Assembly: GCF_001194135.2 (NCBI RefSeq)
Contig: NC_068989.1
Coordinates: 77,130,814 to 77,172,873, forward strand
DNA from: Octopus bimaculoides
Taxonomy: Eukaryota
Reading direction: 5' to 3'
DNA length: 42,060 bases
A program made the translations under genes and the position numbers. The notes below the pieces were generated by a model. The model ran no database searches. It was not told the origin of the DNA and saw only the letters and a list, made by a program, of their open reading frames with translations. This document shows, one piece after another, positions 10,771 through 24,371 of this stretch (the first letter of the stretch is position 1; each line of letters begins with the position of its first letter).

Positions 10771-13700
10771 CACAAGGAGTAATTATGAACTGTAGACATA
10801 GAAAAATAAACTGTTTTTTTAAAAAAGAAAAAGATAAGCACTAATCCATAAAAAAAGTTTCATTCATATGTATATGAGTTATGATACCGCTGGTATAGAT
10901 GTTAAGCAAACTTGCAATTCTTGCGATATTGTCTTGTGATATATTAATGTAATTCATATGCCAAGCGTTCATAACTATTCATAGATGACTGGTTATATTT
11001 AGTTAGAGGCATACAAAACATGGGTGATTTGAAACTTATAGAAATGTCTTCAAATAGAGTATGACATTTTAATTGCTTTATAACGGAGACAAAGCTAGAG
11101 GGTTTGCCATATAAAAGATTTTAAATATGTAATGATATATAAAATGTTACTTAATCGAATTTCTCGGATTTTACGTTTGCATTAATCTACTGGAATATTT
11201 GCACGAAAGAGGGGAAAATATAGTAACAATTAATCACAATAAAAAATTGTAATCAGATGTATCGTATATATGTGTTTAGCACCAAGGGGAATTTATATAA
11301 TTTCTGTGAAGCCCGCGATTTATATTTGAACCTGAAGTTTGGCAGGTAGAGTTGCAAAACCAGTTAGTAGATTTCGAATTGACGCCTGTTTAAAAATAAG
11401 GAAACATCGAATGGGAAACAGAAAGATACTACTAAGTAATATAGTACAACCCTATATTGAAATCCTTCATGTTCGTGAAATAGAATATGAAGTATATGAG
11501 AAAATAGTATTTGACTATGAAGGAATAATCTGGAAATCAATCTTATATAATGATCAAAAATGGAAAACAGTATACTTTTTATTTCTAAATAGACAAACCT
11601 TAGCATTGTTCGTGGTCTAATAATTTCTAAATAGAAACTATGATTTTTAATTCAGTACATTGTTTTGAAAAGTTATACAGAAGTACATTATTACTTTGAC
11701 TAGAAAAAACGTTTTTAACTAACCAAAAATTCTGTATATTATGCAAAATCTGTTCATCTCAGGATTCGAAATGAGAGATATATTTCAAACTTAAATATCC
11801 AATCTACTATTTGAGCAATATTATTTATTAGCAATAATATATAATTACATTTAACATATATTAGTTTATGTATTTAATATATATTATGTACTTGAATATG
11901 TACAATGAAGATATTTTATTTACTATGAAATTGATCACGAAATTGGTAAAGAGACATTTATTGCATGCATTATTTGTTCATCATTTCACTTTCATTCAGG
12001 CATTTTATTGTATAGATTTACATTATATTTGTACATAAAATTGCCAGTCAATCGCTTAATTTAATGAAACATAAACTCCTTTGTCGATTCGTACTTGTTT
12101 TGTTTCTTTTTTTATGTTCGCTTTTTTAAAGTATTTAAACTGTATTTTTGAATTTTAGATAATTGTATATTGCTAGAAAATACAATTTTATAGCAGAACG
12201 TCATTATTAGATTAACTGTATAGCTTTGTAGTTATAAGCGTCTACATTTAGATCCTAAAAGATTGATATGAGCAGATTTCTGTGCGTGTGTATGTATGTA
12301 TGTATGTATGCATGTACGTATGTTTATATCTATGTGAGTATGTGTGTGTGCGTTTCTCTGTGGATGTCGATGGAGGCACAATTCAAAAACTCTTGTTTAC
12401 TATGACACCATACATAGACTAATATCATTGTCACATATATTGTTAAGTATGTTTCTCTGCCGTGCATATAAAACACATTAAAAAAACAAAGACTTATCCA
12501 TGTATCTATTGAAATATATTATAGGATTGCTAGACGACTGGTGGTTAACAACAGCAGTTATAACACTAACCTTTGTGTATATATACCTTATTATAACAGA
12601 TATTTGGCCATTTTGCATACCACAGGAATTGTACCAAACGAAGTTTCAGAGTTTATAAATATTCGTTGACCAACTTCCGAATACGTTGGATCGTAGGTTT
12701 GAACATCTTGAGCGATTCACCGCATCTCCAGTATAAAAACGAACACCTTCTTTCTTATCGTTGATTTACATTATATATGTGAATAATTGAATATGTAGCA
12801 CTCTGGGTACATATTTCTAGAGCAGAGCATTACTGAAGAAAAGGTGTTTCTATTTTGTTTAGTGATTCAAAATGCTGAGCTTAGTATTTACGCATGTACA
12901 CAAGGACGCCTATACAAATATGCAAACATGTAAATATGCATATGTGTGTAACTGCATCCCTTTGATGTTGGTTATATTTCATGCTATGCATTATACCCAT
13001 CTGTATATCTTTATTAAGTACGATTTTGTAGAACTCAATAAAAGCTCTTTTTTGTAACATTCAATACACATTAATTCTAAATGTATGCGTTTCTTACATC
13101 CATATGTATCGCAAGATATGCGCAACTTCAAATATATTACATGATATTCATATTGTAGCAAAAGGTATACACAGTTTCACTAACACATACACATATAAAA
13201 ATATTTACGAATCTACTCTACTCTACTCCATACACGTCTTTCGTCTCAGGCTCAGCGGCCCTGATTACCTATCGCATTGAACAGTAATAAAATATTTACA
13301 CCATATTAAACTTAGTCTATTAATTCAAATATCTTATCTTCCGATTCATCACTGTCAAATATGTTTCTATTCGCATTTATTCCTATGTTCAGAATTGTAT
13401 CTTCCTGACTGCTCATAATCAATTAAATTATCAGTGTGTTAAACGAATTTCACTCCCTTTTCAAATGTGCATTGGAGAGACAAATTGCCACAAAGTCTAT
13501 TAGGAATAAAACTGACGGTATTTACTTAAATCTGAAATCAAATTTACTTGCCTAAACATTCATGTTCATCATTGGTTCTTAATTGAGGCAGAATAAATGT
13601 TTTATATGGTTTATTTGAAAATCTAATGGCTAAATATTTGTGTAGTGGTATCAAGCACAAAAGATAATCCATTTAGTGTATTCTATCATCTCTATAGACG

Positions 13701-14552
13701 TTTCTTTTGGATTTTCGTTTTATAATTTTTATGTTATCAATCTATTTATTTGTAAAATGTCCACTCTTAGTAAAAAGTGCATATGCAGTATATAGAACAT
13801 TCATTTTCAAAAGGGTAGCCATCAGGCATTCATATTAGGGAGTACAAGCTAGTTAAATTTAATATGTTGAGTTCGTCGAAACTGTAGTAATGTATAATAT
13901 TATGTAAGGTATAGTATTTCATTCGCTCAATCACGCCTTAGGTTAGACTTCGTTTCGCATGCTATCATACTGAAGTAAATTATGAAAACTCTTTCATAGG
14001 CTAATTACATGAAGGTACATATTCACAGTGTACTTCTTCCGAGTTGGATGATAACATTAGAATTCCATTTAAAGTCACACTGTCAATCCTATTTAATTGC
14101 AAAACTAGCATGTTAGTATGCTGCAGTGGAATATTCTTTACTCATCGAGATTCTTCAGAAATTAGGTTGAAGCATTATCAGTTAAAGAAATTCGGTTTCT
14201 TATCTTAATTCTTGTGTCGTTACATATCTATGTTATAATGTTAGTGAAACTCGTCGAGTTGCGCATGAGGCAAATATTATAATTCGAAAGAATTGCTAAA
14301 ACAAGTTTAAAATATCACGTTGCATTTTATTAACATATACCAAGATAGCTGATGCTCTCTCTCTCTTTCTCTACATACACATAACTATACATACGTTTAT
14401 ACATATACCTACATACATGCATATACACACATATATATATATATATATANNNNNNNNNNNNNNNNNNNNNNNNNNNNNNNNNNNNNNNNNNNNNNNNNNN
14501 NNNNNNNNNNNNNNNNNNNNNNNNNNNNNNNNNNNNNNNNNNNNNNNNNNNN

Positions 14553-14592
<40 letters not shown>

Positions 14593-14689
14593 ACACTCAC
14601 ACATATGACGTATGATTTTTGAGCTTTTTGCCGAATGACATGCAAAATGATTTGTTTATAGTGATCAAATGTTCGGGTCGCACATTACT

Positions 14690-14830
14690 TCACTCTCTAC
14701 ACCAAATTTACGTTGCCTTATCAGGTGCACTGTGTACAACGCGTCAGCAGTCGAAGTGATCGCTAAGCAACGTGAGATGAAGTGTTTTGCTGAAGAGCAC
14801 AACGCACCATCCTGTCTAAGAATTGAAATA
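14690..14830 (-). mobile_element. SINE fragment (family C)
   Basis: GCAACGTGAGATGAAGTGTTTTGCTGAAGAGCACAACGCACC...GAATTGAA is a B-box-adjacent SINE segment in minus orientation, similar to 8085-8160. Confidence 0.5.
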
Positions 14831-14849
14831 TATATACGTTGGTTTAATA

Positions 14850-15050
14850 TTTTGGCAAAAGGTTGGCAATTTTGAAGTGAGGAGTGTGCAAGTCGATCAT
14901 ATCGACTCTAACACTTCATTGGAATTCTATTTTATTGATCCCGAAAGGAAGAAAGGGAAACTCGACGGCGTAGGAATTTGAAACAAGCGGGAAAAAATGC
15001 GGCTAAGCGTTTTCTTTCATGTACACAAAGAATCTGCCAGCTTGACCCCT
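14850..15050 (-). mobile_element. SINE family B copy
   Basis: Contains GTCGATCATATCGAC, TTTTATTGATCCCGAAAGGAAGAAAGGGAAACTCGAC, GGAATTTGAA and AATCTGCCAGCTTGACC, the reverse complements of the family B motifs. Confidence 0.7.
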
Positions 15051-15266
15051 TACAATAACGAAGTATTAAAATTACTTTTTTTAAAAAAAAAAGCTACTAA
15101 ATTGTACCAAGTAGACTGCGACTGTTGTTTGTTTGCTGCATAGGATGAGGTTAGAGAAGCAGCCCTATAAACGGAGAACATGAGACAAAAATGAGAGGGA
15201 GAGGAAGAGGAGATAGAGAGAAACATACAGGCTGATCAGCAATAGAGAGATCTGAATAAGGTAGAA

Positions 15267-15340
15267 GAAAGTACGACAGTAAGTTTAATGAAAGTACGAC
15301 GGCAAGTTTAATGAAAGTACGACAGCAGGTTTAATGAAAG
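15267..15340. repeat. 23-bp minisatellite, 3.2 copies
   Basis: GAAAGTACGACAGTAAGTTTAAT repeated at 15267, 15290 and 15313 with few substitutions. Confidence 0.9.
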
Positions 15341-15580
15341 GACGTGGTGTATTAGATATTTAATCTACAGTAGATTTCAGCTTGTTGATTTTGCGAGCGA
15401 AATTTACTGAATATGCCGTATATTCACGCTCGACTCTGCCATATTGCCATCCCCATTTCTCTGTTTATGCGCACACAGACACGCGAGCAATGTGTGTGCT
15501 TATTGTTGTATGAGTCTGCTTTTGTACATATAAGTGCATGTGTGTGTGTATTATTACTGGACAAGTTTGATAAAAGATAT

Positions 15581-16147
15581 GACGCAGGAGAGGTTGTATG
15601 GTAAGTAGCAAGTAGCTTGCTTACCAACCACATGGTTTCGGGTTCAGTCCCACTGCGTGGCATCTTGGGCAACTGTCTTCTATTATAGACTCAGGCCGAC
15701 CAAAGCCTTGTGAGTGGATTTGGTAGACGGAAACTGAAAGAAGCCAGTCGTATACATATATATATATATANNNNNNNNNNNNNNNNNNNNNNNNNNNNNN
15801 NNNNNNNNNNNNNNNNNNNNNNNNNNNNNNNNNNNNNNNNNNNNNNNNNNNNNNNNNNNNNNNNNNNNNNNNNNNNNNNNNNNNNNNNNNNNNNNNNNNN
15901 NNNNNNNNNNNNNNNNNNNNNNNNNNNNNNNNNNNNNNNNNNNNNNNTTTGTGTTTGCCCCCCCCACCACATCGCTTGACATCCGATGCTGGTGTGTTTA
16001 CGTCCTCGTGACTTGGCAGTTCGCCAAAAAGAGACTAATAGAATAAGTACTAGGCTTAAAAAGAATATATCCTGAGGTCAATTTGCTCGACTAAAAGATG
16101 GTGATCCAGCATGGCCGCAGTCAAATGACTGCAACATGTAAAAGAAT
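15581..16147 (+). mobile_element. SINE family A copy (gap in internal microsatellite)
   Basis: Near-colinear with 1443-1478 plus 1725-2100, without the nested insert. N-gap 15771-15947 sits in the internal (TA)n. Confidence 0.85.
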
Positions 16148-16437
16148 TAAAAAAAAATAGAACTGATCTTGAAACGAGGAATTTCCATGAGACGTGAACT
16201 TAGTGGTGTGTGTATGCAAGCATAAATTCATGCAAACAGACACACGCGCGCGCAGACACGCACACACACAAACACAGATACATAGAGAGAGAGAGAGAGA
16301 GAAAGTGAGATTAAAGTACAAAATATGGAATATTGATAGTGATTCTCTATTTTTTTTTAATTACTTCAAGTAATTATTAAAAAAAAAACTTTTCAAAATA
16401 TACACAGAAAAGTATTTTCTGTGTATATGAATAAACA

Positions 16438-16560
16438 TAAATAGATAGATAGATAGATAGATACATACATACATAGCTGGCTTGATAAATAGAGAGATAC
16501 ATAGATAAATAGATAAACAGATAGATAGATACATAGATAGATAGATAGATAGATAGATAC
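16438..16560. repeat. (GATA)n/(CATA)n microsatellite
   Basis: Read directly. Confidence 0.9.
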
Positions 16561-17234
16561 ATTGTGTGTACGTGTGTGAGTGAGAGAGTGTGTGAGAAGG
16601 AGAGATTTTAGGATGAATTATAGATGTGCTACTGGTCAACTCGGTGGATGAGCGGAAATGAATCGCCCTATATTTATTTTTAGTTCAGTATTATCATGAA
16701 TATGTAATACAAACAATTGAAAACCTAAATGAAAAAATAATTACAATGTTAGAAAAATTGCTGAAATCGTAAAAATTTCGATATTTACCTAATCAGTATA
16801 TGATAACGAATCCATTAACATCAAAATGAGCGAGATCCTGTTGGTGTTGTGTTGATACATTTCTCCTCTGTGGAAGTGTTGTTCACCGGTCTATGCTACG
16901 AAATTAATGAAAGTACATTTGTGAATCATGTCAGAATATAGCTATGATTAAACTATGTAATTAATTAAGCTTAAAGAAAATTATAAACAAGCTGATGCAA
17001 ACAAAACTCCTTAATAGGAAACGAATTGTAAACACAGAGCCCCTCTGTATAAGATTTTTAGAGAGCAAAAACAATGGAGAGATAGATCTACATGAAAAAT
17101 ACATAAAAATTATACAGTTATAAATTTATATCTATCTATCTATCTATCTATCTATTTATCTATCTGTTATATATATTAATTTACAATTCATAAATTAATT
17201 AGACGATTCAATGCGAATGTAGATTATTCTTTAA

Positions 17235-17640
17235 TACGAGATGAGTCCTAAACGTATCCGACCTATGGGAATGAAAAAAAAGCCCAAACAAAACAAAAAC
17301 AATTATGTACATTTCACAAATTTTATTTAATTACCTTCAATATACTGCCCGTGGGGTCTAACGTACTTTTCCCAGCGGTTCCACTGCTGCTAGTAACAAC
17401 ACTAGAACAGGAGGATGCTTAGGAGCTCCAACGTCGCTTTTCTCATAATTTACTCTGGCGACGCAAATTACTTCCCTTTCAGCGTGGTCTTAAGTTTTGA
17501 GAAGAGCTAGACATTACACAGTGCCAAGTCGGGAGAGTAGGGATCTTGTCGAGCTACTGATATGCCATTCATGACCAAGAAAGTCTAGATTATGTGGGCA
17601 GGATGAACGTTTGCATGCATTTACAACCAAAATCCTGCAA
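17235..17640 (-). pseudogene. Mariner transposase C-terminal relic with one TIR
   Basis: Minus-strand translation gives HANVHPAH..FLVMNGISV..QDPYSPDLALCNV*LFSKLKTTLKGK*F...RWEK..HGQYIEGN*, matching mariner HDNAPAH/YSPDLAP/RWEKC motifs with stops and frameshifts. TA plus TIR-like CGAGATGAGTCCTAAACGTATCCGACCT at 17235-17264. Confidence 0.8.
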
Positions 17641-18079
17641 TCACACATAAATAATTATAAATACACACATTTACTCCTACATACATGAAATCAACTTGAC
17701 TTTCTCTCTCTATCTTTTCAACATTATCCAGTGTAAACCTTCATGTTTTCAAGTTGCAGTTTATGAGCGATTTATTTACTATTTCTAGTAAACTTCCATT
17801 TTATAGCTTGTCTTGCCGCCAATCTGTCATGTCTTCATGTGTAACTTTTGAGAGAATTGTGAATAGAAGCAAGTATTTTTGCAGGCTGAGATCCGTATAA
17901 ACCTTGCGGCTACGAAGAGTCTTTGGTAAGTATTCAGATTTTGTAAAGAGATGATATACTGGCCTATATGCTGTTAAATTTATGTGTCTATAATGATTGT
18001 AATATCTAAGTTTAGCTCCATAATATAACGAAACACTTTATTAGAGGAAGTAACATTACCAAAACATATTCTCTGCTAT

Positions 18080-18410
18080 TTTCCATTCTACATCTCAACA
18101 GTCCCACATGATCATTGCATAGGCTGGAATAAAGTGGGAGTCATCCTGCAACCTCTCTGCACAACATGTATGCTCCATCGTCTTTCTTTATTTGTCACAG
18201 ATGCTATAATACCCTGTATTCCTCAGGATAGGCTAGTCGCTTGAATTGCACAATCTCGGGGCCACTCGACATGCTCGTTTCCACTATCCTTTCCATTCCT
18301 TGCGTCCAAAAATTCCAAACCCACTAATTCTATGCCATACACTCCTTTTTCACTATATATCTAAGGGCCAACAGCTCTTGAAGTCGAGAAAAACTGGCTG
18401 TCAATGGCTA
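18080..18410 (-). pseudogene. Highly decayed LINE reverse transcriptase fragment (RTE-like)
   Basis: Across frames: PVFLDFKS (18377-18397; cf. AVFLDFEKAYD), GVWHRISGFGIFGR (cf. GLW..L..YGI.G) and VQRGCRMTPTLF (18127-18162; cf. VRQGC.MSP.LF), in the correct order. Confidence 0.45.
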
Positions 18411-18948
18411 CCATTTTATAAATTTAGCTTTTTAAGCTGACATTGCTGCCCAGATACTTCCTGCTAAGGCTATGCATGTTGCAGTCTACTTTATAAACAT
18501 GATAAGGAACAATAGAAACTAAGCACATGTACTACAGGAGAAAATAAAACGTATCATTCTCAATTCGATGTGATTAATAGTCTTGGTTCACAATCAAATC
18601 GATCTTGATCAGGTATAATACTGAAAGTCAATTATGAAGTTAGATCGAAACATTAGATTAGATATATCTATTAGGCATAAATGAAATGACGTAATTTGCC
18701 AGAGCTTGTTACTATTCAGCACTGGCTAACTTTAAATTAAAAAGTTTTCAAAGTTATTCCTGTGACCATATTAAGTTTACAGTGCTGTTTTAATTGATCT
18801 CATCTTACGATATATCTCTTGTGTCTTGTAAATGTCTGAGTTCATTAAAGTTGATGCTCTGTTTCAACTTCATCTTGTTAATCCATTATGACATCTTCTA
18901 AAATGTATCAATCCACCAGCTGCAGTGCATTTTCTCTCGCTCTTGCTC

Positions 18949-18999
18949 ATTATGCATACGTGTAGTCCGCATATTATGCATACGTGTAGTCCGCATATT
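18949..18999. repeat. 24-bp perfect tandem duplication
   Basis: ATTATGCATACGTGTAGTCCGCAT twice. Confidence 0.9.
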
Positions 19000-19082
19000 C
19001 ATCTCTAGTCGGTAATACTGGGAAATAAAAGGTTACAGCTGCTCTAATAGTTCTTCATAGAAACAGTGTGCACTATACTGGG

Positions 19083-19086
19083 TAGC

Positions 19087-19130
<44 letters not shown>

Positions 19131-19160
19131 AAGTAGTAGTAGTAGTAGAAGTAGTAGCTG
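19083..19160. repeat. (AGT)n microsatellite
   Basis: Read directly. Confidence 0.95.
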
Positions 19161-19429
19161 CTGTGCTGTTGCTGGTGCTGGTCTTGTAGCTGTCTTTGTT
19201 GTGATAGTAGCAACACATGGTAGTATTTTATGTTAAAAGTAGAATATATCAGTCGTTATGTAAAAGTAAATGGCAATTCACCGGTTTCGACGATGACTAT
19301 TCACTTGTTTGAATATCTGTACTCTTCATTCATTGAATTATCATGTTATGTGGCTGAGTGGTCCATATATATGTGTGCTCTTACCATAATTCTAATGCAG
19401 AATCAACGCGACTTAGCTTACTTCCAGAC

Positions 19430-19616
19430 CTTACACGTACCTTTACAATCCGTCCAACAGATATCCTCTCTGCTTGTACACAATATCCCAAGCAAAAACT
19501 TAAATGAGCAAGCGACGGGGGTGAAAAGCACATCCGATGCTCCAAATACTACGCAGTGGGATCAACCCGGGATTTAGTGATTGCAAATTGAAGGCGTCTT
19601 AACCACTCGGCCAAGC
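19430..19616 (-). mobile_element. tRNA-derived SINE head and body
   Basis: Reverse complement GCTTGGCCGAGTGGTTAAGACG...CCCGGGTTGATCCCACTGCG has an A box and a B-box-like motif but no complete cloverleaf. The downstream boundary is approximate. Confidence 0.55.
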
Positions 19617-21803
19617 TATGTCCAGTGATCAGGGAGGTAGGATCGCTGATTTCTATCAATTTCTACCTCAATTGGGTGAAATTTTATTCTGTGTCATTCA
19701 AGTATTTCTGGAACAATTCCAGTAATGGAGTGGTGTGGATTTGAGATTAACATAGCGTTCGAAGTGAAAGCCAGAGTAAGATGCATAGTTCACGATTCAG
19801 ATTGTAATCTTATTAACTGACGCCGCTGGAAAACTTCAGCATCAATCAGTTAATCCCTCGCATTGTTCGAATACTGCGTGTATTGTTTTACTGATTCCAG
19901 AAGCAAATAAATAAATAAATAAATGCGTATCACGTGATATATAAGTCTCTGTGAAACTAGAAATCAATACGCAAATGATAATCGAAATGGTTTCGGTATT
20001 TCTTATTTCTATTAAACACTTAAATCTATTTTCCTACTCTAACATGAATTGGGTGCCATTTTTTCAGGAATTCAGTGCGGCTGCAGTAATGCAATACTAC
20101 ATATCGACCCATTGACCAGTAATCCGATACAGTAATCATTCCGACATCTGCCATTAGCCAGGAAATGGTTGAAAATCAGCAAAGGACCGAAAGGTTACAA
20201 AGACCAAAATATAAAGGAAAAAAGGAAAAATAATGTTCAGAGGACCATTTGTAAATCTAAAAATATGAAATGTTTCTGTATACAGTTACCACTTTTATCT
20301 TCGTAGTTACTTATTACTTCAGTTTGGAGTGGAAGTTCATAACAGATTATAGTCAATTTAGATGTCATATAATACCACTTTCACTTATTGTTTGACACCA
20401 TATATATAGACTCTCAATGGTACTTTTTATTTACTTCGTTTTTCAATAGAGAATACATGATAAAACCAGTGAACAAATTAGCAAAGTAATATCACTGTCA
20501 GACATAATAATAGCTTATGTTTCCAATAATTGCCTTCATATTATCAATACCATGGGACTCGTAGAATATACGTATAAATATATACATGAGCATGTGTGTG
20601 CGTTTGTATGTACATATAGATAAGTACATGCACGTATTCACATATACATGGACTTATGCAAGAGCACACACATTTTGATATAGATACATATACAGTTTTA
20701 TATGTGAGTAAGTATGCGTGTATGCATATGTGCCTGTGTATCTTTAACAAAATATCAGCAGTTTTGGAAGCTTATAAAAGCCAAGCGATCAAGAACTAGA
20801 GTATTTTATTTCGGTATTAAACTTTCTTTCGCTCGAACGGTGCAATATGAGATGAGCTAATAATCAGCTAATTATATCCCAGTTTATTAGACATAGCAGT
20901 AGTTTGTCTGGGATTTCTTAGAAACTTAACGGAATTTGCCTGTTGACTTCATGGAACGCATCGCATACGTACACAGAGAAACGAGATATATTTCTAGTTT
21001 ATGGATATTTCTTTGTATTAAGGAATAATTTGTGATAAATATATTCATATGTTCAAATTAGGAAATTGAAACTTGCAATAATTCAAACTCAATGTGTAAA
21101 GTTAATGGTATATTGCTTTTTAAAAGGCGGTAACTTTACCAAGTAGCTGAGTGTGATTCATCAATTTAAACTTATTTGCAATGTCGCTTGAGAATGAAGA
21201 GTTACCGATATGAAGGATGCATCAATTTTATGTGTATATTAAAACTGTAGTGAGCTTCACAAACGACATGGAAATGAGCTCCATTTTTTATTCCCAAAAA
21301 TGTCAGGCCTTAATTTTCTTCTTTCCATATAAATAAATATATTATAGTAGTAACACACATACAAGCAAACACACAGACAACATGAGCCGACATAAGATCA
21401 CGTGCAGATACATAGTGTGCACATACACTTCATATACTACTTGTAATTATAAAGACACATTAATTTAAATAGTGATTCTGCAGAAGATTATTCCGGTGTT
21501 GTGCAGTTTCCTAGCTTCAGGGTATTTGTATATATAATGTGTAGTATACAAGATTTATTCAGAGAATCAAATTTATATTCATCTATTAAAAGTTTTGCCC
21601 CTTTCTTTATTTTTGTGTATATGTTTATGTATACATACNNNNNNNNNNNNNNNNNNNNNNNNNNNNNNNNNNNNNNNNNNNNNNNNNNNNNNNNNNNNNN
21701 NNNNNNNNNNNNNNNNNNNNNNNNNNNNNNNNNNNNNNNNNNNNNNNNNNNNNNNNNNNNNNNNNNNNNNNNNNNNNNNNNNNNNNNNNNNNNNNNATAT
21801 ATA

Positions 21804-21835
<32 letters not shown>

Positions 21836-21873
21836 CGTATGTGTGTATGCATGCATATATGCAATTATACATA

Positions 21874-22110
21874 CAGGGTTGGCCGAAAGTCATCTCACAG
21901 TAAATGAAAACTCTTTAATTCAAAGATTAAATCCCAAAATTATTTTAAATGAGACTTCGCTAATAAATAGAGAAATGTTGAAACAAAACGGTGATTTTAA
22001 CTCACAACTTTCAATTATTAAACATTCCTAATTGGAATGAATAAGTAAAATTGAATATTAAGTATTTGTGGAATCTTGATTTACTGTAGGATGACTTTCG
22101 GCCAAACCTC
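21874..22110. mobile_element. Tc1/mariner-type MITE
   Basis: TIR AGGGTTGGCCGAAAGTCATCTCACAGTAAAT (21875-21905) matches the reverse complement of 22079-22109 at 28/31. Preceded by TA-C; AT-rich interior. Confidence 0.8.
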
Positions 22111-22129
22111 TCTATATATGTATATATAT

Positions 22130-22208
22130 AAATATATATATGTGTGTGTGTGTGTGGGTGTGGGTGTGTGTGTGTATCTCTCCCTCCCTCCCTTCCTCCA
22201 TACATACA

Positions 22209-22244
<36 letters not shown>

Positions 22245-22262
22245 CGGAGAGAGAGAGAGAGC

Positions 22263-22312
<50 letters not shown>
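22130..22312. repeat. Compound (TG)n, (CATA)n, (GA)n microsatellite
   Basis: Read directly; runs into a gap. Confidence 0.9.
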
Positions 22313-23882
22313 NNNNNNNNNNNNNNNNNNNNNNNNNNNNNNNNNNNNNNNNNNNNNNNNNNNNNNNNNNNNNNNNNNNNNNNNNNNNNNNNNNNNNNNN
22401 NNNNNNNNNNNNNNNNNNNNNNNNNNNNNNNNNNNNNNNNNNNNNNNNNNNNNNNNNNNNNNNNNNNNNNNNNNNNNNNNNNNNNNNNNNNNNNNNNNNN
22501 NNNNNNNNNNNNNNNNNNNNNNNNNNNNNNNNNNNNNNNNNNNNNNNNNNNNNNNNNNNNNNNNNNNNNNNNNNNNNNNNNNNNNNNNNNNNNNNNNNNN
22601 NNNNNNNNNNNNNNNNNNNNNNNNNNNNNNNNNNNNNNNNNNNNNNNNNNNNNNNNNNNNNNNNNNNNNNNNNNNNNNNNNNNNNNNNNNNNNNNNNNNN
22701 NNNNNNNNNNNNNNNNNNNNNNNNNNNNNNNNNNNNNNNNNNNNNNNNNNNNNNNNNNNNNNNNNNNNNNNNNNNNNNNNNNNNNNNNNNNNNNNNNNNN
22801 NNNNNNNNNNNNNNNNNNNNNNNNNNNNNNNNNNNNNNNNNNNNNNNNNNNNNNNNNNNNNNNNNNNNNNNNNNNNNNNNNNNNNNNNNNNNNNNNNNNN
22901 NNNNNNNNNNNNNNNNNNNNNNNNNNNNNNNNNNNNNNNNNNNNNNNNNNNNNNNNNNNNNNNNNNNNNNNNNNNNNNNNNNNNNNNNNNNNNNNNNNNN
23001 NNNNNNNNNNNNNNNNNNNNNNNNNNNNNNNNNNNNNNNNNNNNNNNNNNNNNNNNNNNNNNNNNNNNNNNNNNNNNNNNNNNNNNNNNNNNNNNNNNNN
23101 NNNNNNNNNNNNNNNNNNNNNNNNNNNNNNNNNNNNNNNNNNNNNNNNNNTTGCACTGCTTTCGTTGCAGACAGTTAATATCAGGCAGGTGGTGAGACAA
23201 CGAATAGACAACATATGTTACGAAAAATAGTACTGCATTTCTGTGGATTGTTTTTAAATAAAACAGCATGAAATGCATTACTGATCACAAACGAGATGTG
23301 TTGCGATCGTGGTATGTGTTTATTTATAATATCACGATGCAAGACGTGCTGTGAATAATATTAAGTTTATACACCGTTTCTGTATACGTGAATACTTTAA
23401 TAATTATAAAATAAAACAGTATTTTAGAGATATTAGAGTTGATAATGATGATGGTTTTGTGAGTTAATAACGTCAATGATAATGAAGCGAAAGGGATAGT
23501 TAACGATCCCATTACACGGAATGCAATGTAAATATGTATTTGCCAAAGAATGAATTTATAAGCGATGTCTATCTTTATATGCCAGTGTGTTTGTTAGTCA
23601 GCAAAATATAATCAACTGGCGTTAGTATAAACAATGTCTGTAAAATAAGATGTTGGTCTGATGTGAAGACGAGTGTGTTCTGAGGTTTCAAACAGGGCAG
23701 TGTGCACTTCTTCTTCTTGACTTCGTTTTCCTCTGTGTGTGAGTGCATACACTCATGCATACATACACACATACATACATAGGTTCATACATAGGTTCAT
23801 GCATACATATAAACATACATGCATGTATACATGCATATGCATTTATAGCGTAAGATATAATATTATATATACCGGTTTCAAA

Positions 23883-24084
23883 TTTTGGCACATGGTCAAC
23901 AATTTTAGAGTTGAGATAACTTGATTAAATCGGCAGTAGTACTTTACTGGTGCTCATTTTATCGTCCCCAACATGATGAACGGCAAAGTTGAGCCGTGTG
24001 GAATGTGGACTCAGGACGTAAAGACGGGCAAAAGGCCGTTAAGTATTTTCTCAGCCATGATGACGATTCTGCCACCTAGCCGTC
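23883..24084 (-). mobile_element. SINE family B copy
   Basis: Tail TTTTGGCACATGGTCAACAATTTT, central ACTGGTGCTCATTTTATCGTCCCCAACATGATGAACGGCAAAGTTGA and head GACGATTCTGCCACCTAGCCGTC, all reverse complements of family B motifs. Confidence 0.7.
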
Positions 24085-24371
24085 ATATCGCCGGCTTAAT
24101 ATTACAATATAACAATAATTATAATGAAGTTATTCACTGATATCGAAAAAGTGAAAACAAGCAATGTTAAATCTCTGAACGAGGTGTTAACAGTAACTGC
24201 ACGATAAAGTGAAGTATATTTGCCATTTAAATGTGGCTGACCCCTAAGGGTGGATGTTACTGTTGCTTTTAGCCCCAGGAGAACATCTCCTCCAGCTGGC
24301 TTATCGACACATATCTGTGTCCTGTCTATTTTTGCCAAGGGAAGTTATCCTTCCCATCTTGATCTGCGATA

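Noticed and set aside
11339-11620. 93-aa ORF, possible hAT-like fragment
   Set aside because: Non-ATG start, no motif I can match and no splice support.
15267-15340. Short direct repeats resembling a CRISPR array
   Set aside because: Units are contiguous with no spacers, and the context is eukaryotic.
19545-19616. Possible tRNA gene on the minus strand
   Set aside because: A-box and B-box-like motifs are present but no acceptor stem or proper anticodon arm can be formed; treated as a SINE head.
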